Origin: an uncultured Clostridia bacterium
GTDB taxonomy: Bacteria; Bacillota; Clostridia; Oscillospirales; Acutalibacteraceae
DNA length: 27,202 nucleotides
Direction: 5' to 3'
Assembly (NCBI GenBank): GCA_944384865.1
Contig: CALWVC010000001.1
Span: 1-27,202 of the forward strand
Under the pieces are notes generated by a model, which saw nothing but the letters and a program-made list of their open reading frames with translations, was not told the origin of the DNA and did no database searches. Shown here in pieces: positions 9,075 to 18,302 of the stretch. How positions within the stretch are numbered: the first letter of the stretch is position 1; each line of letters starts with the position of its first letter. The position numbers were made by a program, and so were the translations under genes.

Positions 9075-10237
9075 TGGAGAATACGATTACAATTTTCGGT
9101 GTTACGGTGACGATTGACCGGGTGGCTTTTACCATTCCGGGCGTTCACTGGGAGATCTACTGGTATGGAATTATTATCACCGTTGGTTTTTTATTGGCCG
9201 TTGCGTATGGTATGAAACGGTGTAAATCTTTTGGAATTCACCCGGATCGGATGCTGGATGTGATTTTGGTAACTGCGCCGGCAGCGATTTTATGCGCGCG
9301 GTTGTATTATGTGTTGTTTGAAGGCATGCAGATTACAGAGTTTTTCAATATTCATAACGGCGGACTGGCGATTTTAGGCGGCGTAATCGGCGCTGCCGTA
9401 GTCGGCGCTGTGATGTGCAAGGTGCGCAAGGTCAATATTCTTTCAGCGCTGGATGCCGCAGCGCTGGGTTTTTTGATCGGGCAGGGCATCGGCCGCTGGG
9501 GCAATTTTGTAAATCAGGAGGCATACGGTACATATACCGGGAGCGACTGGTTTGGCATGACCGGCGGACGTATCTCGCAGGAAATGGGAGACGGGCTGGT
9601 GCATCCCTGCTTTTTATATGAGTCGGTTTGGTGTTTGCTGGGCTTTTTGATTTTGCATCTGATTTCGAAAAAACGCAAATGGAATGGTGAAATCGCGACA
9701 CTGTATCTGATCTGGTATGGTTTTGGACGCTTTTTTATCGAAGGGCTACGTACTGATTCGCTGTATATCGGCAGCAGTAATATCCGGGTTTCTCAACTGC
9801 TGTCGGCGTTGATGGTTATTGCGGGAATTGTACTGTTGCTTATGGGGCTTGTGCGCGATCGAAATAAAAAGATCGATGCGACCTATGTGCCGCTGTTTGA
9901 TGCAGAGCAGGAACAGATTCGGTCGGCGGAACAGCTGGCCGAATTGGAACAGCAGCGAAAGGAACAGCAAAAGGATGGCGTGCCGCCGGAGGCGGTGCAA
10001 CCGGCTGTTCAGCAGGAGGACACAACCACGGAATCGGTGCATCCGGAAGCGCAGCAGGATGCGGATTTAAAGGCGCAGCTACCGGCGGAGCCATCCTGTG
10101 ACGAAGCGGCAGCGGAGGAATCCTCGTCCAGCAGGCAGCAACAGGAACATCAAAAACAAAAACAGGCGGGACAGCCGCAGGATCAGCCGGAAAGGCAGAA
10201 AGGCAAGGAGGAGCAGACAAATGGCGACAATCATTGA
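9071..10237 (+). CDS. lgt: Prolipoprotein diacylglyceryl transferase with long acidic C-terminal tail
   Basis: IYWYGIII, ARLYYV, GGLAILGG, GQGIGRWGNFVNQEAYG, HPCFLYES, RFFIEGLRTD motifs. Confidence 0.93.
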   Translation: MMENTITIFGVTVTIDRVAFTIPGVHWEIYWYGIIITVGFLLAVAYGMKRCKSFGIHPDRMLDVILVTAPAAILCARLYYVLFEGMQITEFFNIHNGGLAILGGVIGAAVVGAVMCKVRKVNILSALDAAALGFLIGQGIGRWGNFVNQEAYGTYTGSDWFGMTGGRISQEMGDGLVHPCFLYESVWCLLGFLILHLISKKRKWNGEIATLYLIWYGFGRFFIEGLRTDSLYIGSSNIRVSQLLSALMVIAGIVLLLMGLVRDRNKKIDATYVPLFDAEQEQIRSAEQLAELEQQRKEQQKDGVPPEAVQPAVQQEDTTTESVHPEAQQDADLKAQLPAEPSCDEAAAEESSSSRQQQEHQKQKQAGQPQDQPERQKGKEEQTNGDNH

Positions 10238-11075
10238 TGGAAAACTGGTATCGGCGAAAGTCCGGCAGGAGGTAGCGCAGCAGACGGCTGTGTTAAAAGA
10301 ACGGGGTATTACGCCGGGCCTGGCGGTAATTATTGTAGGTGATGACCCGGCATCCAGAGTTTATGTAAACAACAAAAAAAAGGCCTGCGCTGATGTGGGC
10401 TTTTACTCGGAAGAGTATGCGATGCCGGCAGATACAACAATGGATCAGTTGTTAGAAGTAATTGATACGTTAAACGAAAGATCGGATATTAACGGGATTT
10501 TATGTCAACTTCCGTTGCCAAAACATCTGGATGAAAAAGTGGTGATTGACCGCATCGACAGCACCAAGGATGTGGATGCGTTTAGCCCGGTAAACGTGGG
10601 CAAGATTATGATTGGTGATTATGATTTTCTGCCCTGTACGCCTGCTGGTGTGATGGAGCTGCTGGCGCATTATGGGATCAGCGCCGAAGGAAAGCGCTGC
10701 GTCGTAATCGGCCGTTCCAATATTGTTGGAAAACCGATGGGAATGTTGTTGCTGCATCAAAATGGTACGGTGACCATTTGCCACAGCCGAACCAAAGAGT
10801 TGGCGGAAATCTGCCGATCGGCGGATATTCTGGTAGCGGCGGTCGGTCGGGCAAATTTTGTGACAGCAGATATGATAAAAGACGGCGCGGTAGTGATCGA
10901 CGTTGGAATGAACCGTCTGAATGGAAAATTGTGCGGCGATGTGCAGTTTGATACAGTCAGTCAGAAAGCAAGCTACATTACGCCGGTGCCGGGTGGCGTA
11001 GGGCCGATGACAATTGGAATGTTGATGAAAAATACGTTGAAGGCCGCGAAGCTGCATCACGGAATCGACGGCTGA
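10221..11075 (+). CDS. folD: Bifunctional methylene-THF dehydrogenase/cyclohydrolase
   Basis: MATIIDGK, YVNNKKKAC, KDVDAF, PCTPAG, GRSNIVGKP, VPGGVGPMT. True start ATG 10221 after GGAGGAG; the track start at 10098 is over-extended. Confidence 0.96.
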   Translation: MATIIDGKLVSAKVRQEVAQQTAVLKERGITPGLAVIIVGDDPASRVYVNNKKKACADVGFYSEEYAMPADTTMDQLLEVIDTLNERSDINGILCQLPLPKHLDEKVVIDRIDSTKDVDAFSPVNVGKIMIGDYDFLPCTPAGVMELLAHYGISAEGKRCVVIGRSNIVGKPMGMLLLHQNGTVTICHSRTKELAEICRSADILVAAVGRANFVTADMIKDGAVVIDVGMNRLNGKLCGDVQFDTVSQKASYITPVPGGVGPMTIGMLMKNTLKAAKLHHGIDG

Positions 11076-11911
11076 TGCAAAAAACGTTATACATATCGGA
11101 TCTGGACGGGACGCTGCTGCAACCGGATGCGCAGCTATCGGTTTATACGGTACAGACGATGAATCGTCTGATGGAACAGGGGCTGTGGTTCACTGTAGCG
11201 TCCGCCCGTTCGATTTTATCGGCCAGAGGCATATTAGACGCGCTGAATCTATCGCTTCCCGGCATTTATATGAACGGTGTACTGCTGTGCAACCCGAAAA
11301 CCGAGGCGGTTCTGGATTATGCTGCGTTGTCGCCGGATACCGCCCGGCAGTTGGTAGATGCATTTGAAAGCTGCGGCCGGCCGCCTTTTTTGTTTTCTTT
11401 TGAAGGAGCCCGAGTTCCCGGTGGCTATAGTGGAAAAATTTCGGTGCAGGTTCGGAAACTGCTCAATGCGCAGGATCAGGCTTTTTATCAGGAACGCCGG
11501 AAAAAATATTCCTCCTTTGAAGTGGGCGGTACATATCGTTATCAGCGGCCGATCTATGTCAATGGAGCAGGCGAACAGTCTGTTATGCAAAAAATTTATG
11601 AGAAGGCATCTGCTATCCCGAATGTGCATTGTGAACTTTATCTGGATGTTTATACCGGGCAGTGGATGCTCGAATGTCATTATGCGGCCGGCAGCAAGGC
11701 GGCCAGGGCATTAGAACTCAAGCGGCGACTGGGTGCTGATCGGCTGGTGGCGTTTGGCGATCAGTTAAACGATATTGAAATGTTACAGGCGGCAGATGTA
11801 GCGGTGGCTGTCGGCAACGCCTGTCCGCAGGTGCAGGCTTGCGCCGATGTGGTGATTGGCAGCAATGTGCAGGATGGTGTGGCTAAATATCTGGAGCAGC
11901 AGATTTTATGA
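11075..11911 (+). CDS. Cof-type HAD-IIB hydrolase
   Basis: Motif I DLDGTLL, motif II ASAR, motif III K, motif IV GDQLND; TGATG coupling to folD. Confidence 0.88.
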   Translation: MQKTLYISDLDGTLLQPDAQLSVYTVQTMNRLMEQGLWFTVASARSILSARGILDALNLSLPGIYMNGVLLCNPKTEAVLDYAALSPDTARQLVDAFESCGRPPFLFSFEGARVPGGYSGKISVQVRKLLNAQDQAFYQERRKKYSSFEVGGTYRYQRPIYVNGAGEQSVMQKIYEKASAIPNVHCELYLDVYTGQWMLECHYAAGSKAARALELKRRLGADRLVAFGDQLNDIEMLQAADVAVAVGNACPQVQACADVVIGSNVQDGVAKYLEQQIL

Positions 11912-11959
11912 GATATATGGATCGAGCCTTGCCTGCGTAAATTTTCAGATTTGCAAAAC

Positions 11960-12002
11960 CAAAGAGCGTGCGATCCATCGGTGGTGGAACGCACGCTCTT
12001 TG
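11960..12002 (+). terminator. Strong stem-loop, probable terminator after the HAD gene
   Basis: CAAAGAGCGTGCG / CGCACGCTCTTTG perfect 13-bp stem with further inner pairing; U-tract is short. Confidence 0.6.
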
Positions 12003-12153
12003 TATAGAGGGCTCATAAGACAGGATTCGGCAACCTGCTTACTCGTAAGCATGAATTAAAATATAAAAGCTGTTACCAATTGTTTTTAGAATATTAAATG
12101 ATTCTTTTCAAATTTTATGTTTTTAGTATACTGCAAGGTTTTCAAAAAATATA

Positions 12154-12193
12154 TTGAAAAAATTGCCGAAAAGTAGTATTATGTTGCTATAAT
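12154..12193 (+). promoter_or_regulatory. Promoter(s) for the AraC gene
   Basis: TTGAAA-17-TATTAT (12154-12182) and TGcTATAAT (12185-12193). Confidence 0.55.
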
Positions 12194-12259
12194 AGTGCGG
12201 CTGGATGGATCGTATATTGTTTTAGGATTTGCGTGGAAATTTACTGTGTTTGGTCATAG

Positions 12260-13177
12260 ATGGAGAGAAGGATGATTGTTTTTATGGAGCGTATAAATAA
12301 GTGTTTTCATTTTTTCGAAGATGATCCTTTAGAGGATTTTAATACTTCTAAGCGGGTTTTGTGTACGCCGAGCCAGTTTGCACGTCAGAATCTGGCTTAT
12401 GTGCAGGAGATTGGGATGCTGCAATGCGCGAAAGCCCATCGTAACGCCCGATCGTTTTTGGATTCTTTTTTATTTTTTGTTGTGCGTTCCGGAAAGGGAA
12501 CGCTTTGCTACAACGGTCGGGTATATCATATCTCTGCAGGCGATGCAGCGTTTATCGACTGTCACAATGCCTATTACCATGAAAGCGATTCGTCACAGTT
12601 GTGGGAACTGGCATGGGTGCACTTTAACGGCGCGCATATTCGGCAGTATTATGAAGAATTTCAAAGATGTTTTTCCGCGCCCATATTGCATTTGCACAAT
12701 ACCCAGGTGTTTGTTACTCGTCTGCAGGAGATGTTGCAGACCGCGGCACAGAATGATTTCGACGGCGAACTGGCCTGTTCCTATCAGTTGTATGCACTTT
12801 TGGCCGATGTTTTTTTGTGCCGCCGGGAAAAGATGTTGCAGAAAAATTTTTCTCATGGTAAAATAGAGGAAGTCAAAAATTACATCGACCAGTGGTTTGG
12901 AGAGGATATTACGCTGGATATGCTGTCGGAAAAGTTCTTTATCAGCAAGTATCATTTGGAACGGACTTTCAAAAGCCGGTATGGTACGACAATCGGCGCT
13001 TATGTTATTCAGCGGCGGATCACCCGTGCCAAAGAATTGCTGCGTTTCAGCAGTCTGCGGATCAGCGAGATTGCCGAGATATGCGGCGTTGCGGATAGCA
13101 GTTATTTTAATAAGCTGTTTAAAAAATCAGAAGGGATCACAGCCAGGACGTATCGGGATATGTGGCGTGAGAAATAG
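12260..13177 (+). CDS. AraC/XylS family transcriptional regulator
   Basis: N-terminal cupin-like ligand domain (FFVVRSGKG, WVHFNG); C-terminal double HTH (SKYHLERTFK...ISEIAEICG...SYFNKLFKK..G). Start may be 12260, 12272 or 12284. Confidence 0.9.
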   Translation: MERRMIVFMERINKCFHFFEDDPLEDFNTSKRVLCTPSQFARQNLAYVQEIGMLQCAKAHRNARSFLDSFLFFVVRSGKGTLCYNGRVYHISAGDAAFIDCHNAYYHESDSSQLWELAWVHFNGAHIRQYYEEFQRCFSAPILHLHNTQVFVTRLQEMLQTAAQNDFDGELACSYQLYALLADVFLCRREKMLQKNFSHGKIEEVKNYIDQWFGEDITLDMLSEKFFISKYHLERTFKSRYGTTIGAYVIQRRITRAKELLRFSSLRISEIAEICGVADSSYFNKLFKKSEGITARTYRDMWREK

Positions 13178-13393
13178 TGAAGGATGCGATCATATACAGC
13201 GGCCCCGGATTGTAATGCGTTGGGTTGTTGCGGCGATATACCGTTGTTATTAAAATGGAAAAATACCGCGGATTACAATGTGATAGGGATGTTGTGCGAC
13301 CTTCAAAAAACAGAAAATAACAGTGAAAATCAGCTTTAAAGTAAGATTTTATAGAGGTTTTTGTTAATTACACTGAAAATGGTGAAAAAAACC

Positions 13394-13422
13394 TTGACAT
13401 TCCGTCTGTTTGGACGTATAGT
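13394..13422 (+). promoter_or_regulatory. Consensus sigma-A promoter of the pot operon
   Basis: TTGACA (13394-13399), 17 bp, TATAGT (13417-13422). Confidence 0.85.
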
Positions 13423-13428
13423 AGTTGT

Positions 13429-13703
13429 GCACGATTTTTGCATCTGTGCTAACGCCTTTATTCAAAAAAACTGAATAAACTTTCAAATATTCAGCGTAGA
13501 TGTTGAATATTTTCACAACACGCAGTTCTTAACAGGAACCGTGAAAGGGCGGCGATGCCTTTTCTGTGAAACCGTATGCTGCAGTCGGAACAGTTCCGAT
13601 TTGTAAAAAACTCTTTGCGGGGGCTGCGGTTAGCGTGGGGTGGGTTCGCGCAGAGCTGTTTCATCGGCTATACGCGGTCTTTTGCCGCAAAGGGGGATGC
13701 AAA
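13429..13703 (+). promoter_or_regulatory. Long structured 5' leader of potA (candidate cis-regulatory RNA)
   Basis: Several hairpins by eye, plus a 10-bp anti-SD pairing (13611-13620 with 13685-13694); see findings. Confidence 0.5.
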
Positions 13704-14786
13704 ATGGAAAATGAAGAACTTATCAGTCTGAAGAACATCGTTGTAGAGTTCGATGGCGAGCGGATCATTGACAACCTGAATCTGACGATTAAAGATCGGG
13801 AATTTGTCACGCTGCTTGGGCCATCGGGCTGCGGGAAAACCACCACACTGCGGATTATTGCAGGGTTTGTGGAACCGCAGGCGGGCGATGTTCTTTTTGA
13901 ATGCAAAAAAATCAATGGGGTGCCGCCGTATAAACGGCCGGTGAATACCATCTTTCAGCGATATGCGCTGTTTCCGCATCTGAATGTGTATGATAATATA
14001 GCGTTCGGGCTGCGGGTGCATAAGGTGCCGAATACTGAAATTCGTCAACGGGTAAGCGAGATGCTGAGTCTGGTGAATTTACAGGGATTTGAGAAACGTA
14101 ATGTTTCCAAATTGTCCGGCGGGCAGCAGCAGCGGGTGGCGATTGCCCGGGCGGTGATCAACCGGCCGAAGGTATTGCTGCTGGACGAACCGCTGGCGGC
14201 GTTGGATCTGAAACTGCGGCAGAGCATGCAGCTGGAACTGAAAAATATCCAGAAAAGTCTGGGGATTACTTTTGTTTATGTGACCCACGATCAGGAAGAA
14301 GCGTTGTCAATGTCGGATACCATCGTGGTGATGAACAATGGTAAGATTCAGCAGATCGGCTCGCCGATCGATATTTATAACGAACCGCAAAATGCTTTTG
14401 TTGCAGATTTTATCGGAGAGTCCAATATTATAGACGGTGTGATGCTGTCGGATTATCATGTGCGGTTTGCCGGCATGGATTTTGACTGTGTGGACAAAGG
14501 CTTTGCGCCGGAAGAACCGGTGGATGTAGTGATTCGGCCGGAGGATATCAAGATTGTAGAGCCTGAAAAAGGTCAATTGGTTTTTACGGTAGAAAGCTGT
14601 ATTTTCAAGGGCGTTCACTATGAAATGATAATGGACTGCGACGGAATTAAGTGGATGGTGCATTCCACCAAGTTTGAACAGGTTGGCGACCGGGTGGGAA
14701 TGCTGATTTATCCCGACGATATCCATATCATGAAAAAGTCTGATGTGCCGGTGTATACTGACGGTGGAGAGGGGGATCGTCGTTGA
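13704..14786 (+). CDS. potA: Spermidine/putrescine ABC transporter ATPase
   Basis: [40 protein letters not shown]-like C-terminus. ATG 13704 follows AGGGGG; the track start at 13566 runs into the leader. Confidence 0.92.
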   Translation: MENEELISLKNIVVEFDGERIIDNLNLTIKDREFVTLLGPSGCGKTTTLRIIAGFVEPQAGDVLFECKKINGVPPYKRPVNTIFQRYALFPHLNVYDNIAFGLRVHKVPNTEIRQRVSEMLSLVNLQGFEKRNVSKLSGGQQQRVAIARAVINRPKVLLLDEPLAALDLKLRQSMQLELKNIQKSLGITFVYVTHDQEEALSMSDTIVVMNNGKIQQIGSPIDIYNEPQNAFVADFIGESNIIDGVMLSDYHVRFAGMDFDCVDKGFAPEEPVDVVIRPEDIKIVEPEKGQLVFTVESCIFKGVHYEMIMDCDGIKWMVHSTKFEQVGDRVGMLIYPDDIHIMKKSDVPVYTDGGEGDRR

Positions 14787-15589
14787 AAAAACGGGCGGCT
14801 CTTCCTTATATCGTCTGGATGCTGGTGTTTACGATTGTGCCGATGATTATGGTGGTATATTTTGCATTTACCACCAAAGAAGGCGCTTTTACGTTGGAAA
14901 ATCTGATACAGGTCAAAGAATATGCCGGAACCTTTTGGGAATCTATCGAGTTGGGAGCGGTATCCACGCTGATCTGTTTGCTGTTCGGTTATCCGATGGC
15001 GGCGATCATGGCCCGCTCAAAGGCGCATGTGCAGCGGACATTGGTGTTGCTGTGTATGATGCCGATGTGGATGAATTTTTTGCTGCGGACCTATGCGTGG
15101 ATGACGATTTTGGAGAATAACGGGTTATTCAATAGTTTTTTACAGCTGATCGGACTGCCGAAGCTCCAGATGATTAACACCTCCGGCGCCATTGTCTTGG
15201 GGATGGTTTATAATTTTCTGCCGTTTATGATTATTCCGATTTACACGGTGATGGTTAAACTGGATACCCGCCTGGTGGAGGCAGCCCAGGACCTGGGCTG
15301 CAATTGGCTCGGCGTGTTCCGGCGTGTGATTCTTCCGCTGTCTGTTCCGGGGATCATTTCGGGCATCACGATGGTGTTTGTGCCTGCGGCGTCTACGTTT
15401 ATTATTTCCAAGCTGCTGGGCGGCGGGACAATGCTGATTGGCGATATCATTGAATTGCAGATTACCGGCGGCGCCAATAACCTGAATCTGGGGGCGGCGA
15501 TGTCGCTGGTGCTGATGATCATCGTGTTGATTACAATGATGGTGATGAATGTGTTCGGCGATCGGGAAAGCGAGGTGGCGCTGGTATGA
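14783..15589 (+). CDS. potB: Spermidine/putrescine ABC permease
   Basis: [29 protein letters not shown]; TTG start overlapping the potA stop. Confidence 0.9.
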   Translation: MKKRAALPYIVWMLVFTIVPMIMVVYFAFTTKEGAFTLENLIQVKEYAGTFWESIELGAVSTLICLLFGYPMAAIMARSKAHVQRTLVLLCMMPMWMNFLLRTYAWMTILENNGLFNSFLQLIGLPKLQMINTSGAIVLGMVYNFLPFMIIPIYTVMVKLDTRLVEAAQDLGCNWLGVFRRVILPLSVPGIISGITMVFVPAASTFIISKLLGGGTMLIGDIIELQITGGANNLNLGAAMSLVLMIIVLITMMVMNVFGDRESEVALV

Positions 15590-16416
15590 AGCTGCTTTCC
15601 AGGATCTATACCGTGTTGATGTTTGTGTTTTTATATGCGCCGATTGTGGTTCTGATTGTGTTTTCCTTTAATGAGTCCAAAAGCCGGTCGATGTTTACCG
15701 GGTTTACGTTGAAATGGTATGCGGAACTGTTTCGGGACGATGTGATTTTAAATGCATTGGCCAATACTGCGATCGTGGCAGTGATTTCCGCGCTGCTGGC
15801 AACGGTGATCGGGACGGCGGCCGCTGTTGGGATTCATGCGATGAACAACAAGTTGAAAAATGTGATGATGACCATCAACAATATCCCGATGGTGAATCCT
15901 GAGATCGTCACCGGTGTATCGCTGAGTCTGTTGTTTGTGTTTGGGATTCAGCTGTTGCAGAAGCTGGGTGTGGATGCGTCGCTGAATATGGTGACGCTGG
16001 TCATTGCGCATGTGACGTTTAATATTCCATATGTGCTGCTGTCGGTTTATCCGAAGTTAAGGCAAATGAATCCACACAGCTATGAAGCGGCCCTGGATCT
16101 GGGCTGTACACCGTTGCAGGCGGTGTATAAGGTGATTTTACCTGAAATTATGCCGGGCGTGATTACCGGCTGTATCATGGCCTTTACCTTATCTTTGGAC
16201 GACTTTGTCATCAGTTATTTCACATCCGGCCCAACGTCTCAGACGCTGCCGCTGGTGATTTATGCGATGACTAAAAAACGGATCAGCCCAAAGATCAACG
16301 CGCTGTCTGCGCTGCTGTTTGCAACGGTATTAATTTTATTGTTGATTGTGAATATCCGGCAAATGCGGGATTCTTCCAAAAACGAACCTAAGAAAGAGAG
16401 GTCTTTTGCATCATGA
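15586..16416 (+). CDS. potC: Spermidine/putrescine ABC permease
   Basis: FLYAPI, FTLKWY, EAALDLG, FTLSLDDF, PKINALS. Confidence 0.92.
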   Translation: MKLLSRIYTVLMFVFLYAPIVVLIVFSFNESKSRSMFTGFTLKWYAELFRDDVILNALANTAIVAVISALLATVIGTAAAVGIHAMNNKLKNVMMTINNIPMVNPEIVTGVSLSLLFVFGIQLLQKLGVDASLNMVTLVIAHVTFNIPYVLLSVYPKLRQMNPHSYEAALDLGCTPLQAVYKVILPEIMPGVITGCIMAFTLSLDDFVISYFTSGPTSQTLPLVIYAMTKKRISPKINALSALLFATVLILLLIVNIRQMRDSSKNEPKKERSFAS

Positions 16417-17513
16417 GCAAGAAAATATTAAGTGTGGTTTTAAGTGTCGTATTACTGGCGGTATTCCCGCTGTCATTGGCTTCCTGTGGGGAAGCGAACC
16501 CTGATCAGGTAACGTTGAACGTGTTTAACTGGGGAGAATATATTTCGAACGGGGAAGACGGCTCGCTGGATGTTATCGCTGAATTTGAAAAACAGACCGG
16601 GATCAAGGTCAATTATACGACCTATGAAACCAACGAGGCGTTATATAATAAAATGAAAACCGGCGGCGTAAGCTACGATGTGATTATTCCGTCAGATTAT
16701 ATGATCGGTAAAATGATTCAGGAGAATATGCTGGAAAAGCTGGATTTTTCCAATATTCCGAATTACGAGCTGATTGACGACCGTTTTAAATCCAGTGAGA
16801 TTGCGCCCTATGACCCGGAAGGGGCTTACTCGGTTCCTTATACCTGGGGGCGGGTCGGATTGATTTATAATACAAAATACGTGACAGAGCCGGTGAACTC
16901 CTGGAATATTTTATGGGATGAAGCCTATAAAAATCAGATTTTAATGTTTGATAATCCGCGCGATGCGTTTGGGATTGCACAATTTTTATTGGGGCAGTCG
17001 GTGAATACCGAGGATACCGCAGAACTGGAAGCGGCAGCGGCACTGTTGCAGAAGCAATCAGCGGTCTCACCGGTATATGCAATGGATCAGATTCTGGAGA
17101 AGATGCCCAATGAGGACGCTTATATTGCGCCATATTATGTGGGCGATTGTCTGACCATGTGTGATGAAAATGAAGATTTGACCTTTACTGTGCCGCAGGA
17201 GGGAACCAATCTGTTTTTGGATGCGATGTGCATCCCGAAAGGAACCAAACACAAAAAAGAGGCGGAGCAGTTTATCAATTTCATGTGTTCTACCGAAGTT
17301 GCTTATGCAAATATCGAATATATTGCTTATTCATCTCCACAGGTCGAGGCGGCGGCGCAGCATAAGGAATATCTTGTGCAGGAATATGGCGATGAGATCG
17401 CACAGTCGATTTATCCTGCGGACCTTTCAAATACACAGATGTTCCTGACATTGCCGGAGGAGGCCAATCAGACAATGACCGATCTGTGGGTTAAAGTGAA
17501 AACAGCAAACTGA
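16413..17513 (+). CDS. potD: Spermidine/putrescine-binding lipoprotein
   Basis: Lipobox LASC, NWGEYI, YDVIIPSDYMI, YSVPYTWG, EGTNLFLD. Confidence 0.9.
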   Translation: MSKKILSVVLSVVLLAVFPLSLASCGEANPDQVTLNVFNWGEYISNGEDGSLDVIAEFEKQTGIKVNYTTYETNEALYNKMKTGGVSYDVIIPSDYMIGKMIQENMLEKLDFSNIPNYELIDDRFKSSEIAPYDPEGAYSVPYTWGRVGLIYNTKYVTEPVNSWNILWDEAYKNQILMFDNPRDAFGIAQFLLGQSVNTEDTAELEAAAALLQKQSAVSPVYAMDQILEKMPNEDAYIAPYYVGDCLTMCDENEDLTFTVPQEGTNLFLDAMCIPKGTKHKKEAEQFINFMCSTEVAYANIEYIAYSSPQVEAAAQHKEYLVQEYGDEIAQSIYPADLSNTQMFLTLPEEANQTMTDLWVKVKTAN

Positions 17514-17551
17514 TTGGCTGTTTGGATGTATCGAAATGGAGCGTTGTTGCA

Positions 17552-18205
17552 ATGATACAGGCGGTTCTTTTTGATCTGGACGGGACATTGCTGAATACGC
17601 TGGATGATCTTGCCGATTCGATGAACGATACGTTGCGTCGGCAGGGTTATCCGGTGCATCCGGTAGAGCAATATAAATATATGGTGGGAAACGGCATGCG
17701 GATGCTGGCGGTGCGGGCGTTGCCGGAGCAATGCCGGGATGAACGGTGCGTGCAGCAAGTGCTGGAGCTGTTTATGCAGCGGTATAACCGGCACGCGTTG
17801 GATAAAACCCGGCCGTATGACGGTGTTTTGGAGACGCTGACGGCTCTCAGGCAGCGGCAAATTTATACGGCGGTTATTACCAATAAGGCGCATGCGGCGG
17901 CACAAATTGTTTTATCGCGCTATTTTGAACATTGTTTTGATGTGGTTTTTGGTCAGAAGGAGGGTATTCCGACCAAGCCTGATCCACAAAGCACCAAACT
18001 GGTTTTGGCGCAACTGGGCGTATCGCCGGAGCAATGTCTGTTTGTGGGCGACTCCGGTGTGGATATGCAGACGGCGCAAAACGCGGGTGTTGTGGCGGTT
18101 GGCGCTTTGTGGGGATTTCGCACAAAACAGGAGCTTTTGGAAAACGGCGCCGCATATGTATTGCAGCGTCCGGAGCAGTTATTGCGTCTGATTGAGGATT
18201 TGTGA
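17552..18205 (+). CDS. HAD-IA phosphatase (phosphoglycolate phosphatase-like)
   Basis: DLDGTLL, TNK, KPDP, VGDSGVD. ATG 17552 after GGAG. Confidence 0.85.
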   Translation: MIQAVLFDLDGTLLNTLDDLADSMNDTLRRQGYPVHPVEQYKYMVGNGMRMLAVRALPEQCRDERCVQQVLELFMQRYNRHALDKTRPYDGVLETLTALRQRQIYTAVITNKAHAAAQIVLSRYFEHCFDVVFGQKEGIPTKPDPQSTKLVLAQLGVSPEQCLFVGDSGVDMQTAQNAGVVAVGALWGFRTKQELLENGAAYVLQRPEQLLRLIEDL

Positions 18206-18246
18206 TAAAAACAGCGGAGTTTTTCTGCTGTTTTTATCTTTTTTTT
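18206..18246 (+). terminator. Intrinsic (possibly bidirectional) terminator
   Basis: TAAAAACAGCGGA / TCTGCTGTTTTTA stem followed by a long T run. Confidence 0.8.
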
Positions 18247-18265
18247 ATAAAAATAAACTGGGGTG

Positions 18266-18294
18266 TTGACATTGAAATAGATGTATGTTAAAAT
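18266..18294 (+). promoter_or_regulatory. Sigma-A promoter of the adhE-hydrogenase operon
   Basis: TTGACA (18266-18271), 17 bp, TGt-TAAAAT (18289-18294). Confidence 0.88.
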
Positions 18295-18302
18295 TTTAAC
18301 AA
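18285..18302 (+). promoter_or_regulatory. Rex (NADH/NAD+ sensing repressor) operator
   Basis: ATGTTAA-AATT-TTAACAA differs at one position from the clostridial Rex consensus TTGTTAANNNNTTAACAA; overlaps the -10 of adhE, a classic Rex target. Confidence 0.82.

Noticed and set aside
6198-12002. Shared GCGTGC/GCACGC core in the stems at 6198-6231 and 11960-12002 (possible REP family)
   Set aside because: Only 6 bp are shared, loops and flanks differ, and both sit where ordinary terminators are expected.
13524-13560. Partial resemblance of the potA leader (TTAACAGGAACCGTGAAAGGGCGGCG) to cobalamin or lysine riboswitch segments
   Set aside because: No B12-box (GCCACTG, AGYCAGRAGACCTGCC) and no lysine AGAGG/GCCGAA core; the downstream genes do not fit either class.
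13566-13703. 46-aa N-terminal extension of PotA in the track, and tiny leader ORFs (MPFL*, MLNIFTTRSS*)
   Set aside because: PotA homology begins at ATG 13704, which has a good SD; the mini-ORFs lack convincing SDs, so no leader-peptide claim is made.
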